From Neocallimastix sp. 'constans' (taxonomy: Eukaryota): 64,000 nt of DNA. Location of the stretch: positions 310,001 to 374,000 of the forward strand of contig JBODTK010000130.1 in the NCBI GenBank assembly GCA_050613775.1, read 5' to 3'. The translations under genes and the position numbers were made by a program. The notes beneath the pieces are model-generated. The model made no database searches. It worked only from the letters and a program-made list of their open reading frames with translations, and was not told the DNA's origin. This document shows, in pieces, positions 13,830-23,783 of this stretch (position 1 is the stretch's first letter; the number at the start of each line of letters is the position of its first letter).

Positions 13830-14168
13830 TGTTAAAGTATTAAATAATATAAATAAATAAACTTAACAATTTAAGTTTATAATTAAATAATAGAAAATAT
13901 AAATCATAAATATTTATGTAAAAACTAAACTTAAAATGTAAATTAACATTATTTATGTTAATACATAATTAAATGTAAATCATTAAATTTATCATGCGCA
14001 TGTAAATAATCTCTTTATTATTGTTTATTCACGTGAAATAATAATATAGTTTATATAAAAATATTTGTTTATTCTTTAGACGAAAATTCGCGACTTTCGT
14101 CAATATAATATTTTATAATAAATAAATAAATGTATGAATAATTAATAATTAAATAAATTTCTTTAATA
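13830..14168 (+). repeat. 5' LTR (TGTTAAAG...CTTTAATA)
   Basis: Direct repeat of 19666-20004; 7/8 terminal inverted repeat. Confidence 0.97.
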
Positions 14169-14182
14169 GATTAAGAGTCACA
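14169..14182 (+). promoter_or_regulatory. Primer-binding site GATTAAGAGTCACA, complementary to a tRNA-Lys(CUU)-type anticodon stem-loop
   Basis: Abuts the 5' LTR. The reverse complement TGTGA-CTCTTAA-TC equals a 5' anticodon stem, a 7-nt loop with CTT anticodon, and the first two 3'-stem bases. Confidence 0.85.
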
Positions 14183-14367
14183 TTTGTACTCTTAACATTC
14201 TCATAAAACAAAGATAAAATAATATAAAATATCTTTAATAAAATAAAATAATAATTAAATAAAATATAAATAAAATTGTTTAATATAACACAAAATTGTT
14301 TTTAATAAAACACAAAATCATTATAATACTAATTTTAAATTAAAAAAAAAAAAATAATAAAATATTT

Positions 14368-17300
14368 ATGAACGAATCTTTATTTTTCAAAAAGGAAGCC
14401 ATATTGAATGGCAAAAATTATAACATATGGTATGATAGTTTGAAAGATGTCCTCGAAAAGGATGGCTTAGAGGAATATCTAATAAAAGATGTAGTAAAAG
14501 AAAAAGAAAAGGCCACAAATAGTAATGCGGACGATATAGAAAATGCAAGAAGGAATAATACAAAAGTCCGCTACATCATAAAAAATACCATATGTACCAA
14601 AATTCATGAGGACATAATCGGAATGACTACCCCTCGTGAAATAATCGAATATTTAGAAGGGGAGTACAAACTCAATGAAAATGATATGACTCAATGGATG
14701 AATAAATTAAGAGAAGTAAAAGCGAAGAAAGAGGAAGATATTCCATTTACTTTAAAAAGACTATTTAAATTATTTAAAGGTATGGAATCTTCCGGAAATA
14801 ATATTTCCGAAAAGGAAAAAGTTAAATACATATTAAAATCATTGCCTACAAGTTACAAAAAGAAAATAACATTAAATGGCAATGAAAATGCTGAAAATCT
14901 TAGGACCACCATCGTAAACGACATAAACACCTGGATTTATGTCGACGATGTTACCCAAAATGGAAATGACTCTGATGATCCGATGGATATAGATTATGCT
15001 GGGAAACTTGGACACAAGGATAGGAAAAATTTAAAAAACAAGAACAATAATAAAAATTTTCCCAAAAAAGGAAATCCAAGTAAACAAAACAATAAAGATA
15101 AATTTAATAGTAATAAATATAGCAATAATAATAAATTCTGTGAAATATGTGAAAAAGGAGGCCATTCCACCAAAGAATGTAGATATAATCCAAGAAATCC
15201 AAAAGGATTATATAACAAGTACTACATTCAAGATGAACAAAAATACAGAAACAATTATCATCCACATTATAATGGGCAAAATGGAAGAGCCGTTAGATAC
15301 ATTAATTTAAATAATGAATACAACGAAAATGTATCGTATGATGATATCCGCCCAATGTTTTATAAATATTATAATCCTAAAAGCAAAGGAAAATATGTGG
15401 ATGATGATGATTCAGATGAATATCAAGAATCTGAAAAATCAAATTGTTTCATAAATTATGATAAAGAAGACGTTAAAAATGAAGTTTTAATTAAAAATAA
15501 TATAATAACACGAGTAGAAAATAAATTAAATTTAGCTAAAGAAATTTTTATAAATAATATTAATAAAAAGGAAATAAATACAAATAATACAAATGAAATT
15601 TTTAATATTAATTACAATAAAAAAGAAACATCAGAATGGTTATATGATTCAGGTGCTGGTGAACATATAACTAATGATCTAAGTCTGCTTAAAAATTTTA
15701 AAAAAGAAAAAATAAAGTTAAGATGTGCAAATAATACTTATTGCTATTTTGAAGGCCATGGTGAATTTGAATTTACTATTAATAATTATCATTTTAAATT
15801 TAACAAAGTATTATATTCAAAAGAAGTAGCTAAAAATATTATTAGTGGAATAGAATGGGCAAAACAAGATGTTAAAACCTTGACAGAAAAGGATAAACAC
15901 AATAATATTATCCTCAGAATTTTAGATAACAATTATAATATTATTGCCACATTCCAAGCTAATAATAACAATGAAGTTAAAATTGTAGTTACTCATTTCA
16001 ATATTGAAAACGAAAGAAACTCTAAGAATAATATTATGGCAATTCAAAATTTTCGTAATGCTGAAGAACTAATTTGGCATCGACGGCTTGGCCATTTCTA
16101 CCAAGAAGATTTGAAAAACTTCCTAAACCATCATGAAATTAACTTAGATAAGTGTGACGATTGCAGAATCGCGAAAATGAAACGCAATCCACACAATAAA
16201 ATTCCTCCCAGAGCCAAAGAAATATTAGAAGTTATCCACTCGGATATTATTGGTCCAATTAACACATCATACACAGGAAAAAGGTTTATACTAACTATCC
16301 TAGATGAAGTATCAAGAAAATCATGGGTCTTTATTATGAAGAGTAAATCAGAAGCTACAGACATTATCATTAATACCTTAAGAATGTTAAATAATAAATA
16401 CAAAGATTATAAAATAAAAGTTTTTAAATCTGATAACGCAAAGGAATATAAAAACAAGAAAATTGATTACTTTTGCAATGAAAATGGAATAGAAAAGGTT
16501 TTTTCTCCCCCGTATAATCCAGAAAATAACGGATTATGCGAAAGATTTAACTTAACTATTGTTTCCTGCGCAAAAACCTTGCTATATTGGAGTGGACTAA
16601 GTGAAAATTTTTGGGACTTCGCGATATTATATGCCAATTATATATACAACAAAGTTCCTCATTCTGGAATTCATAATAAAATTCCAGATGAAATCTTCTA
16701 TATGAATAAAGTAAAAATTAATCATATCAAAGTATTCGGATGCATCTCTTTTTATATTGACAGAAGTCAAAACAAATCAAAATTTTCACCTAATTCCAAG
16801 AAAGGAATTTTTCTTGGGTTTAGTGAAAAATCAAACAGTTACATCATTATGGATTTTCACGATTATTCAATCCACTACTGTAGAGAAATATACTGTCTTG
16901 AGGATACTCCTGCTAATATTAAATTAGCAAATAATAAAATTAATCAATATGGGGACCAAGACTTTCTAGCCTTTGATTTCTATTTTTCAAAAAATTCACC
17001 ACAATTTTCTGGGGAAGACAATCTAGATCATAGCCATCACAATGACAAATCTTCTGAAAATAAATATAACGGAAATTTCAAGAAAAATAACAAAAATTTG
17101 GGACCTTCTTCAAAGAAATTACCTACTGGACTTAATGAACAAATTCATAAAAATTCAAATAACGAACATTTACCCAAAAAAGACAAAGGTAAAAGCCCAG
17201 CAACTGAGGATCAAAATGATACCAATATTTCTAATAATATCGGTAAGGACATTCCTACAAAAATTCAAGAAGAAGAGGACCAAAATGTCAAAAATCAAGA

Positions 17301-19653
17301 TAATTTCAAAAATTCATCTGATGAAACTTTTTCTGATAATAAAAATTTTTCAAAAAATGAAGAAAATTCAATAATCAAAGACAAAAATTTAAATGAAACC
17401 TTATCAAATAATAATTTTAATCATGAGAAAAATTTTTCTGGAAATTCAAATAATAATAAAGTTAGAATTTCTAAAACTCAAAATAATAATGAAATTTTTG
17501 ATGAAGAAAAATTTTTTGATATTAATGACGAAACCTTAATTAATATGAAATTTAATAATCAAGAAAAAGTCAATGAACAAACCAATATGTCTTCTAATAA
17601 ATCTAATATAAATATAGATAATTTTAATAAAAATTTTTCTGAAACAAATATTAAAAATAATATATCTACCAGTACTACTAACAATATATTGCAATCAAAA
17701 AATTTATCAAACTCAAATTATTATAATTTTCCTTCTTCTTCTCAAGGAAACACTATGTTTAATAGAAATAATATTATCTCTTCTTACATTGACAAAAAGT
17801 TCCCTTTTAACGGCAGAAGAAGTGTTAAAGAATTACACATAGATAACCAAAATTCTTTTAATACTAATCCTTTCAATAGAATTAATTTACCTCATCATAG
17901 GAGTAACTTTCATTTCAAAAATAATAAAAATTTTGAAAATGGAAATATCGATTATTTATTTTCAAATAATCAATATATAATTAAGAAAAATAATTTTTTA
18001 CATGATAAAAATCATTTTAATTTTAATTTTCATAAAAGGTCACTTTCAGACGATTTAACACCTTCCCAATCGCAAAAATTTCGTAGATCAAACTTTAATT
18101 CTAAAATTATTGCTTCCTTGGAATATTTTGTGCCACAATCATTTTTCCAAGCCACAAATTGCAAAGACCATGTTCTATGGGAAAAAGCTATGGATAATGA
18201 ACTTGATAATCTTTACACCAATAAAATTATGACTTTTGTTAATACTATTCCAGATGGTAAGAAACCTATTCCTTCCAAATGGGTTTACGCTCTTAAAACC
18301 GATGGCCTTGGACATGTAATTAAACATAAAGCCCGCTTTGTTGCTAAAGGCTTTATTCAAAAATATGGTATTGATTACGAAATGACTTTCTCACCTACTT
18401 TAAATATTGATTGTCTTAAGCTTCTTATCGCTCTCGCTGCTAAATTTAAATGGGATATTCTACAATTAGATATCAAAGCTGCGTATCTCAACGCGAATTT
18501 AGACAAGGACATTTACGTTAAAATTCCCCCTGGAGATCCTAACTTTGAGAGGGGATATTGGAAACTAAACAAAGCACTGTACGGTTTAAAACAATCTGGC
18601 CGACAGTGGTATAAAACTATTTCAAAATTTTTAATAGAACAAGGAATGGAGCAACTAAAATCCGAAAGTTGTGTTTTTAAGAAAGTTATTAACAGAAAAT
18701 TAGTTTGTATAATAGGCTTATATGTAGATGATATGATTGTTACTGGCGAAAAGGAAGAAATTAACAAAATTTTCAATAAAATTAAAAATAAATTTAAAAT
18801 CTCAAAATCTGGACCGATTGACTACTTATTAGGAATTAAAGTCGAAAATAATAATAAAACATATTCATTATCACAAACTCAATTTATAAACAATATTCTA
18901 AAAAAATTTAATATTAACAACCAAAGAGTAAGAAGAACACCATGTGTTGGTGACAATACTAAATCTGAAAATAATCAACCATTCGACAAAACCAAATATA
19001 AAAGTGCAATTGGTATGTTAATATATTTATCAAAATGTACCAGACCCGACATTGCATTTTCAGTTAATAAAGCCGCTAGAAATTCAGAAAATCCAACAGT
19101 ATCTGACTGGCGCAAAGTTATAGCTATATTACAATATTTAAAAGACACTAAAAATTATAAAATTAAATATGATGGCACTGGTAACATTGTAGGTTACACA
19201 GATTCAGACTTCGCTGGTGATGTTACTGACAGAAAATCAACGTCAGGTAATATTATCTTAATGGGAAATAATCCAATATCCTGGACTTCGAAAAAACAGT
19301 CAGTTGTCGCCACATCAACAGCAGAAGCTGAATACATAAGTGCATCAGTATGTATAAAGAAATTATTAAGAATTAAAAATATCTTATATGAATTATTCAA
19401 ATTTAACAAACCACTAACATTATTCACTGATAATAATGCAAGTAAAATTTCAATGGAAAATGGGGAATTAAATCCAAAATTAAAACATATTTCAATCAAA
19501 TATCATTTTAATAAAGACAATATTGAGAAAAATTTAATTAAATTAAAATATATCAGTACCGATAAAATGCTAGCTGACACATTAACAAAATGCGTTAATG
19601 GAACTAAAATGACAACCTTTGCAAATCAAATTTTCATTACAAATGAAAACTGA
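14368..19653 (+). CDS. Copia Gag-Pol polyprotein, 1761 aa (gag-PR-IN-RT-RNase H)
   Basis: CEICEKGGHSTKEC zinc knuckle; WLYDSGA protease; WHRRLGH..CDDC; integrase HSDIIGP/KSDNAKEY/ENNGLCERFN; RT QLDIKAAYL and LYVDDM; RNase H YTDSDFAG/EAEY/TDN/ADTLTK. IN precedes RT, the copia order. Confidence 0.97.
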   Translation: MNESLFFKKEAILNGKNYNIWYDSLKDVLEKDGLEEYLIKDVVKEKEKATNSNADDIENARRNNTKVRYIIKNTICTKIHEDIIGMTTPREIIEYLEGEYKLNENDMTQWMNKLREVKAKKEEDIPFTLKRLFKLFKGMESSGNNISEKEKVKYILKSLPTSYKKKITLNGNENAENLRTTIVNDINTWIYVDDVTQNGNDSDDPMDIDYAGKLGHKDRKNLKNKNNNKNFPKKGNPSKQNNKDKFNSNKYSNNNKFCEICEKGGHSTKECRYNPRNPKGLYNKYYIQDEQKYRNNYHPHYNGQNGRAVRYINLNNEYNENVSYDDIRPMFYKYYNPKSKGKYVDDDDSDEYQESEKSNCFINYDKEDVKNEVLIKNNIITRVENKLNLAKEIFINNINKKEINTNNTNEIFNINYNKKETSEWLYDSGAGEHITNDLSLLKNFKKEKIKLRCANNTYCYFEGHGEFEFTINNYHFKFNKVLYSKEVAKNIISGIEWAKQDVKTLTEKDKHNNIILRILDNNYNIIATFQANNNNEVKIVVTHFNIENERNSKNNIMAIQNFRNAEELIWHRRLGHFYQEDLKNFLNHHEINLDKCDDCRIAKMKRNPHNKIPPRAKEILEVIHSDIIGPINTSYTGKRFILTILDEVSRKSWVFIMKSKSEATDIIINTLRMLNNKYKDYKIKVFKSDNAKEYKNKKIDYFCNENGIEKVFSPPYNPENNGLCERFNLTIVSCAKTLLYWSGLSENFWDFAILYANYIYNKVPHSGIHNKIPDEIFYMNKVKINHIKVFGCISFYIDRSQNKSKFSPNSKKGIFLGFSEKSNSYIIMDFHDYSIHYCREIYCLEDTPANIKLANNKINQYGDQDFLAFDFYFSKNSPQFSGEDNLDHSHHNDKSSENKYNGNFKKNNKNLGPSSKKLPTGLNEQIHKNSNNEHLPKKDKGKSPATEDQNDTNISNNIGKDIPTKIQEEEDQNVKNQDNFKNSSDETFSDNKNFSKNEENSIIKDKNLNETLSNNNFNHEKNFSGNSNNNKVRISKTQNNNEIFDEEKFFDINDETLINMKFNNQEKVNEQTNMSSNKSNINIDNFNKNFSETNIKNNISTSTTNNILQSKNLSNSNYYNFPSSSQGNTMFNRNNIISSYIDKKFPFNGRRSVKELHIDNQNSFNTNPFNRINLPHHRSNFHFKNNKNFENGNIDYLFSNNQYIIKKNNFLHDKNHFNFNFHKRSLSDDLTPSQSQKFRRSNFNSKIIASLEYFVPQSFFQATNCKDHVLWEKAMDNELDNLYTNKIMTFVNTIPDGKKPIPSKWVYALKTDGLGHVIKHKARFVAKGFIQKYGIDYEMTFSPTLNIDCLKLLIALAAKFKWDILQLDIKAAYLNANLDKDIYVKIPPGDPNFERGYWKLNKALYGLKQSGRQWYKTISKFLIEQGMEQLKSESCVFKKVINRKLVCIIGLYVDDMIVTGEKEEINKIFNKIKNKFKISKSGPIDYLLGIKVENNNKTYSLSQTQFINNILKKFNINNQRVRRTPCVGDNTKSENNQPFDKTKYKSAIGMLIYLSKCTRPDIAFSVNKAARNSENPTVSDWRKVIAILQYLKDTKNYKIKYDGTGNIVGYTDSDFAGDVTDRKSTSGNIILMGNNPISWTSKKQSVVATSTAEAEYISASVCIKKLLRIKNILYELFKFNKPLTLFTDNNASKISMENGELNPKLKHISIKYHFNKDNIEKNLIKLKYISTDKMLADTLTKCVNGTKMTTFANQIFITNEN

Positions 19654-19656
19654 TTT

Positions 19657-19665
19657 GAGGGGGAG
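19657..19665 (+). promoter_or_regulatory. Polypurine tract GAGGGGGAG
   Basis: Lies immediately 5' of the 3' LTR TG. The same tract precedes the LTRs of the two other copia copies (44341-44349 and 48122-48130, minus strand). Confidence 0.92.
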
Positions 19666-20004
19666 TGTTAAAGTATTAAATAATATAAATAAATAAACTT
19701 AACAATTTAAGTTTATAATTAAATAATAGAAAATATAAATCATAAATATTTATGTAAAAACTAAACTTAAAATGTAAATTAACATTATTTATGTTAATAC
19801 ATAATTAAATGTAAATCATTAAATTTATCATGCGCATGTAAATAATCTCTTTATTATTGTTTATTCACGTGAAATAATAATATAGTTTATATAAAAATAT
19901 TTGTTTATTCTTTAGACGAAAATTCGCGACTTTCGTCAATATAATATTTTATAATAAATAAATAAATGCATGAATAATTAATAATTAAATAAATTTCTTT
20001 AATA
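19666..20004 (+). repeat. 3' LTR
   Basis: Direct repeat of 13830-14168. Confidence 0.97.
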
Positions 20005-21649
20005 ATAATAATATTTAATAGTAATAATAAATATTAATTATTTATTAAATAAAACTTTAAATTTATCTATTTATACTAGTTTTATTTATTTATTCATTTA
20101 TTTGTTTGTTTTTATTTAGATATTTATTTAAATGACATATATAATTTATTTGTTTTATTATTAATTTAGAACATTTGTTTTATTATTAATTTAAAATGAA
20201 AATTTCCTTCACCTATAAATATTGTTAATAAATATAGTATAGATTAATGATAAAATAGAATATAATAAATCAGATCACATGTTAAATTTTATTAAAAAAA
20301 AAAAAAAAAAAAACATTTTACTAATATAAATAAAAAATTAATTTAAATAAAATTGTTTTTAATATTAATGAATTAAATATAAAAATAGCCTACTAATAAT
20401 AATAAGTAATAAAACTATTAAAATAGATTAATAATAATTTAAAATTAATAATAATAAATATAAAATTAAATTAGTTAATATCATTTTTAATTTTTTATTT
20501 ATTATTGTTTTTAATATTAAAGAATATTATTATTATTAACAATTTAATTTTATACTTATTATTGTTATTAATAAATTGATAATAATAATATTCTTTACTA
20601 TTGAAACATATAAAATATAAAATTAAACTGTTAATAATCACTTTTTTTTTATATTAAAAATAATGAATATTGAAACAATAAAATATAAAATTAAACTAAT
20701 AACTTTTTTTTTTATAAATATTATTTAATAATAATTTTTATTTTTTTTATATATATTAAAAATAATAAAGGTAAAATTGAATTGCAAATAATATGGTTTA
20801 AATATAAATTTTAATTTCAATAACAATAATAAATAATATATTATAACATTATATATAGATCATAAATAATAATAATAGTATTAATAAATATACAATATAA
20901 TTAATTATTCTCATAAATAAAAATAGTTCAATCAACATTAATACTTTTTTTTTTATCATCTTTCCTTATATTATACAATATATATATTTTTCCTTTTTTT
21001 TTCGTAAATTCAAAAAAATAATGTACTTTTTATACTTTCATTTAATAAACAATATTATTCTATTCCTTCTCAAATAACACAAAAAATATTTCATATTCTC
21101 TTTATATCAAAAGATGTATTTATTTTTTAATTATGAATTTTTATTTATTTTTTAAATTAGATTATAAGTTCTCTTTTTTTTTTTTTTACATATACATATT
21201 TCTTTAATTTTTACATTTTTTTTTTTTTTGGATTATTCTATGATTTATTTATATAAAAATAAACAAAATTTTTATTTATTTTTATACGTAATGAAAATTA
21301 CTTTTTTCTTTTTTACAATTATTTTTTTCTATTAGATATTTAATAAAATTTTAACCAATAATTCTTCTCATATATAAACATTTATTCTTTTTTCAAAGAA
21401 TAATATTTAAAAAAAAAAACTATTAACTAAAATAATTTTATTTCTAATCATTTCGCTACTTCCTTGAAGATCAATATTTATATTTTCATTATTCTTTTTT
21501 TGTTCTTTCTTTATAACTAGAATATATTTTAAGATAGATTATGTATTTTAATTGATTAAGTATGTAAGATAAGTTCAAGATAATTTAATTGTTTACTTTT
21601 TTTTTTTAAGTTACGATTCTTTCTTTTTTTTTTTTTAATTTTAAATAAT

Positions 21650-22246
21650 TTAAGCCATGTTTAATGGACTGTTTTCAATTTCGGATTGCTTGGATCTCTT
21701 AACCCAGAGGAAGATACCGGCAGATGAAAGAGCGGCAGCACCAGCAATACCAGCGGCAACAGTGGTACCGTCAACACCTTCTTCTTCATCAGCAGAATCT
21801 TCTTCAGCATCCTTTACATCTTGATCTTCAACCTTTCCAGTACCTTCTTCGGCATCGTAGTCATCGGAACCTTCACCATCAGCGGCATCGGTAGCTTGAC
21901 CATTTTCTTCGTCGTAATCATCAGAACCTTCGGCATCAGCATTATCTGGCTTTTCAGCTTCATCATCACCCTTGGATGGAGTTTCATCATCCTTTGAAGG
22001 AGTTTCTTCATCCTTAGATTCATCAGCTGGAGTGTCGTTTTCAGCAACATCATCTTCTGGCTTTTCGACATCTTCATCAGCTGGGTTTTCTTCAGCCTTG
22101 GATTCATCAGCTGGAGCTTCTGGTTCAGAGGCAACACCAGCATCTTCATTAACTGGTGCAACTTCTTCAGTATCGGAAACTTCTAAGGAGTTAGCGTAAG
22201 CTAAGGTAGTAGCAGCAGCGAATAATAAGATAGTTTGGAATTTCAT
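21650..22246 (-). CDS. Acidic low-complexity cell-surface protein, 198 aa (signal peptide, Asp/Glu-rich ectodomain, C-terminal TM helix, short tail); paralog 1
   Basis: MKFQTILLFAAATTLAYA signal; PADE repeats; VAAGIAGAAALSSAGIFLWV-KRSK anchor; strongly biased codons; paralog at 27096-27710. Confidence 0.9.
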   Translation of the reverse strand: MKFQTILLFAAATTLAYANSLEVSDTEEVAPVNEDAGVASEPEAPADESKAEENPADEDVEKPEDDVAENDTPADESKDEETPSKDDETPSKGDDEAEKPDNADAEGSDDYDEENGQATDAADGEGSDDYDAEEGTGKVEDQDVKDAEEDSADEEEGVDGTTVAAGIAGAAALSSAGIFLWVKRSKQSEIENSPLNMA

Positions 22247-22640
22247 TTTGAAAAATAAATTTGTAAAATTTTAGTTAATAGTTTTTCTTTAAAAAGTTTT
22301 TAATTTTTTTTTTTTTTTAAATTATATATTATTTAATTTAATAATATTGAAAAAAAAAAAAAAAAAAAAGAAGATACTTCTGAATGTATTTATACCTTTT
22401 TTTTTTTTTATTAAAAAAAAAATAATATATGATTAAAAAAAAAGTCTGAATATTATTTAAAGTAACAATATATTGTTTTTAATTATAATTATCCTTAATA
22501 TATTAAAAATCTAAAAGAAAAAAAGTATAATTTAACTTTTTTTAATTTTAAAATATAATAAATTTAAGATAATCATCAAAATAATGATTTGTTTTAATTA
22601 TTAAAACTTTTATTAGTAAATATTTTAATATTTTAATATT

Positions 22641-22856
22641 AATTATTTTCTATATTATTATATTTATTTTCTATATCATTATTTTCATTATTATATTTAT
22701 TTTCTATATTATTATATTTATTTTCTATATTATTATATTTATTTTCTATATTATTATATTTATTTTCTATATTATTATATTTATTTTCTATATTATTATA
22801 TTTATTTTCTATATTATTATATTTATTTTCTATATTATTATATTTATTTTCTATAT
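22641..22856. repeat. 21-bp minisatellite (TATTATTATATTTATTTTCTA)n, ~10 copies
   Basis: Directly visible tandem array upstream of paralog 1. Confidence 0.9.
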
Positions 22857-23514
22857 CTATGTTAAATTTATTTATTTATGTGTGACGCTTTTCTCTAATA
22901 AAATTAAATTTTAATTTAAAAACTGAAACATATCACAAAAAAAAAAAATAAAAAAATAAAAATTTAATGGTAAGACAAGAAACATTAAAAATTTAAAAAA
23001 AAAATATCAAACTATAAATATATTTTTGTATTTTTGTATATTTTTAACTCTATAAATATTTGAATATTTAAATAAATATTTGAATAAATATTTGAATAAA
23101 TATTTGAATAAATATTTGAATATATATATATATATATATTTTTTTTTTAATATTTTAATTTATTAATTTATTTGATACAATTTACTTAGTAAATAAAATA
23201 ATATACACTTATTTTTAATATAGAAATTATTTAATTGAATATTTATTTATTTATTTATATAACAACTAATAAATTTAAGAATTAAATAAAAAATTTAAAA
23301 AATACAAGAAAAAAAAAGCCAATCTTTTCTTAAAAAAAAAACACATATATATTTATATTTTAAATAATGATTTAATACTTATAAAAAAATATTTATATAT
23401 ATTTATATTTATATATTTTTATATATTTAAATTTTAAATAATGGTTCAATTGACCTAAACCAAATTAAATCATTAAATTGACCTTCATTTTCATCTGAAA
23501 GTAAATTAAATTAA

Positions 23515-23685
23515 AAGTAAATTAAAAATAAAAAAAAAAGTAAAAAAAATAAAAAAAGTAAAAAAAATAAAAAAAAGTAAAAAAAATAAAAAAAAGTAAA
23601 AAAAATAAAAAAAAGTAAAAAAAATAAAAAAAAGTAAAAAAAATAAAAAAAAGTAAAAAAAATAAAAAAAAGTAAAAAAAAAAAA
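23515..23685. repeat. A-rich ~18-bp tandem repeat (A-run T A-run GT)
   Basis: Directly visible. Confidence 0.85.
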
Positions 23686-23752
23686 GAAACAGATAAGCAT
23701 AAAGTTAACTTTCTGGTAATTCTTTTCTTTTTTTTTTTCTTTTCTCTAAAAA

Positions 23753-23783
<31 letters not shown>

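Larger units (their letters stand above)
13830..20004 (+). mobile_element. Full-length Ty1/copia LTR retrotransposon, apparently intact and recent
   Basis: 339-bp LTRs at 13830-14168 and 19666-20004 with one mismatch (14133 T vs 19969 C). 5-bp TSD ATAAT (13825-13829, 20005-20009), PPT, PBS and an uninterrupted gag-pol ORF. Confidence 0.97.

Noticed and set aside
9064..14182. Functional link between the lysine-pathway gene and the nearby tRNA-Lys-primed retrotransposon
   Set aside because: The insertion is recent and ~3.8 kb downstream beyond a dead LINE; proximity is most likely coincidence.
14169..14200. tRNA gene at the anticodon-like sequence
   Set aside because: Only the anticodon-arm complement is present; no D arm, T arm or acceptor stem. 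No tRNA or rRNA gene was recognised anywhere in the window.
14994..19499. Short antisense and off-frame ORFs inside the copia polyprotein
   Set aside because: No motifs; expected by-products of a long coding strand.
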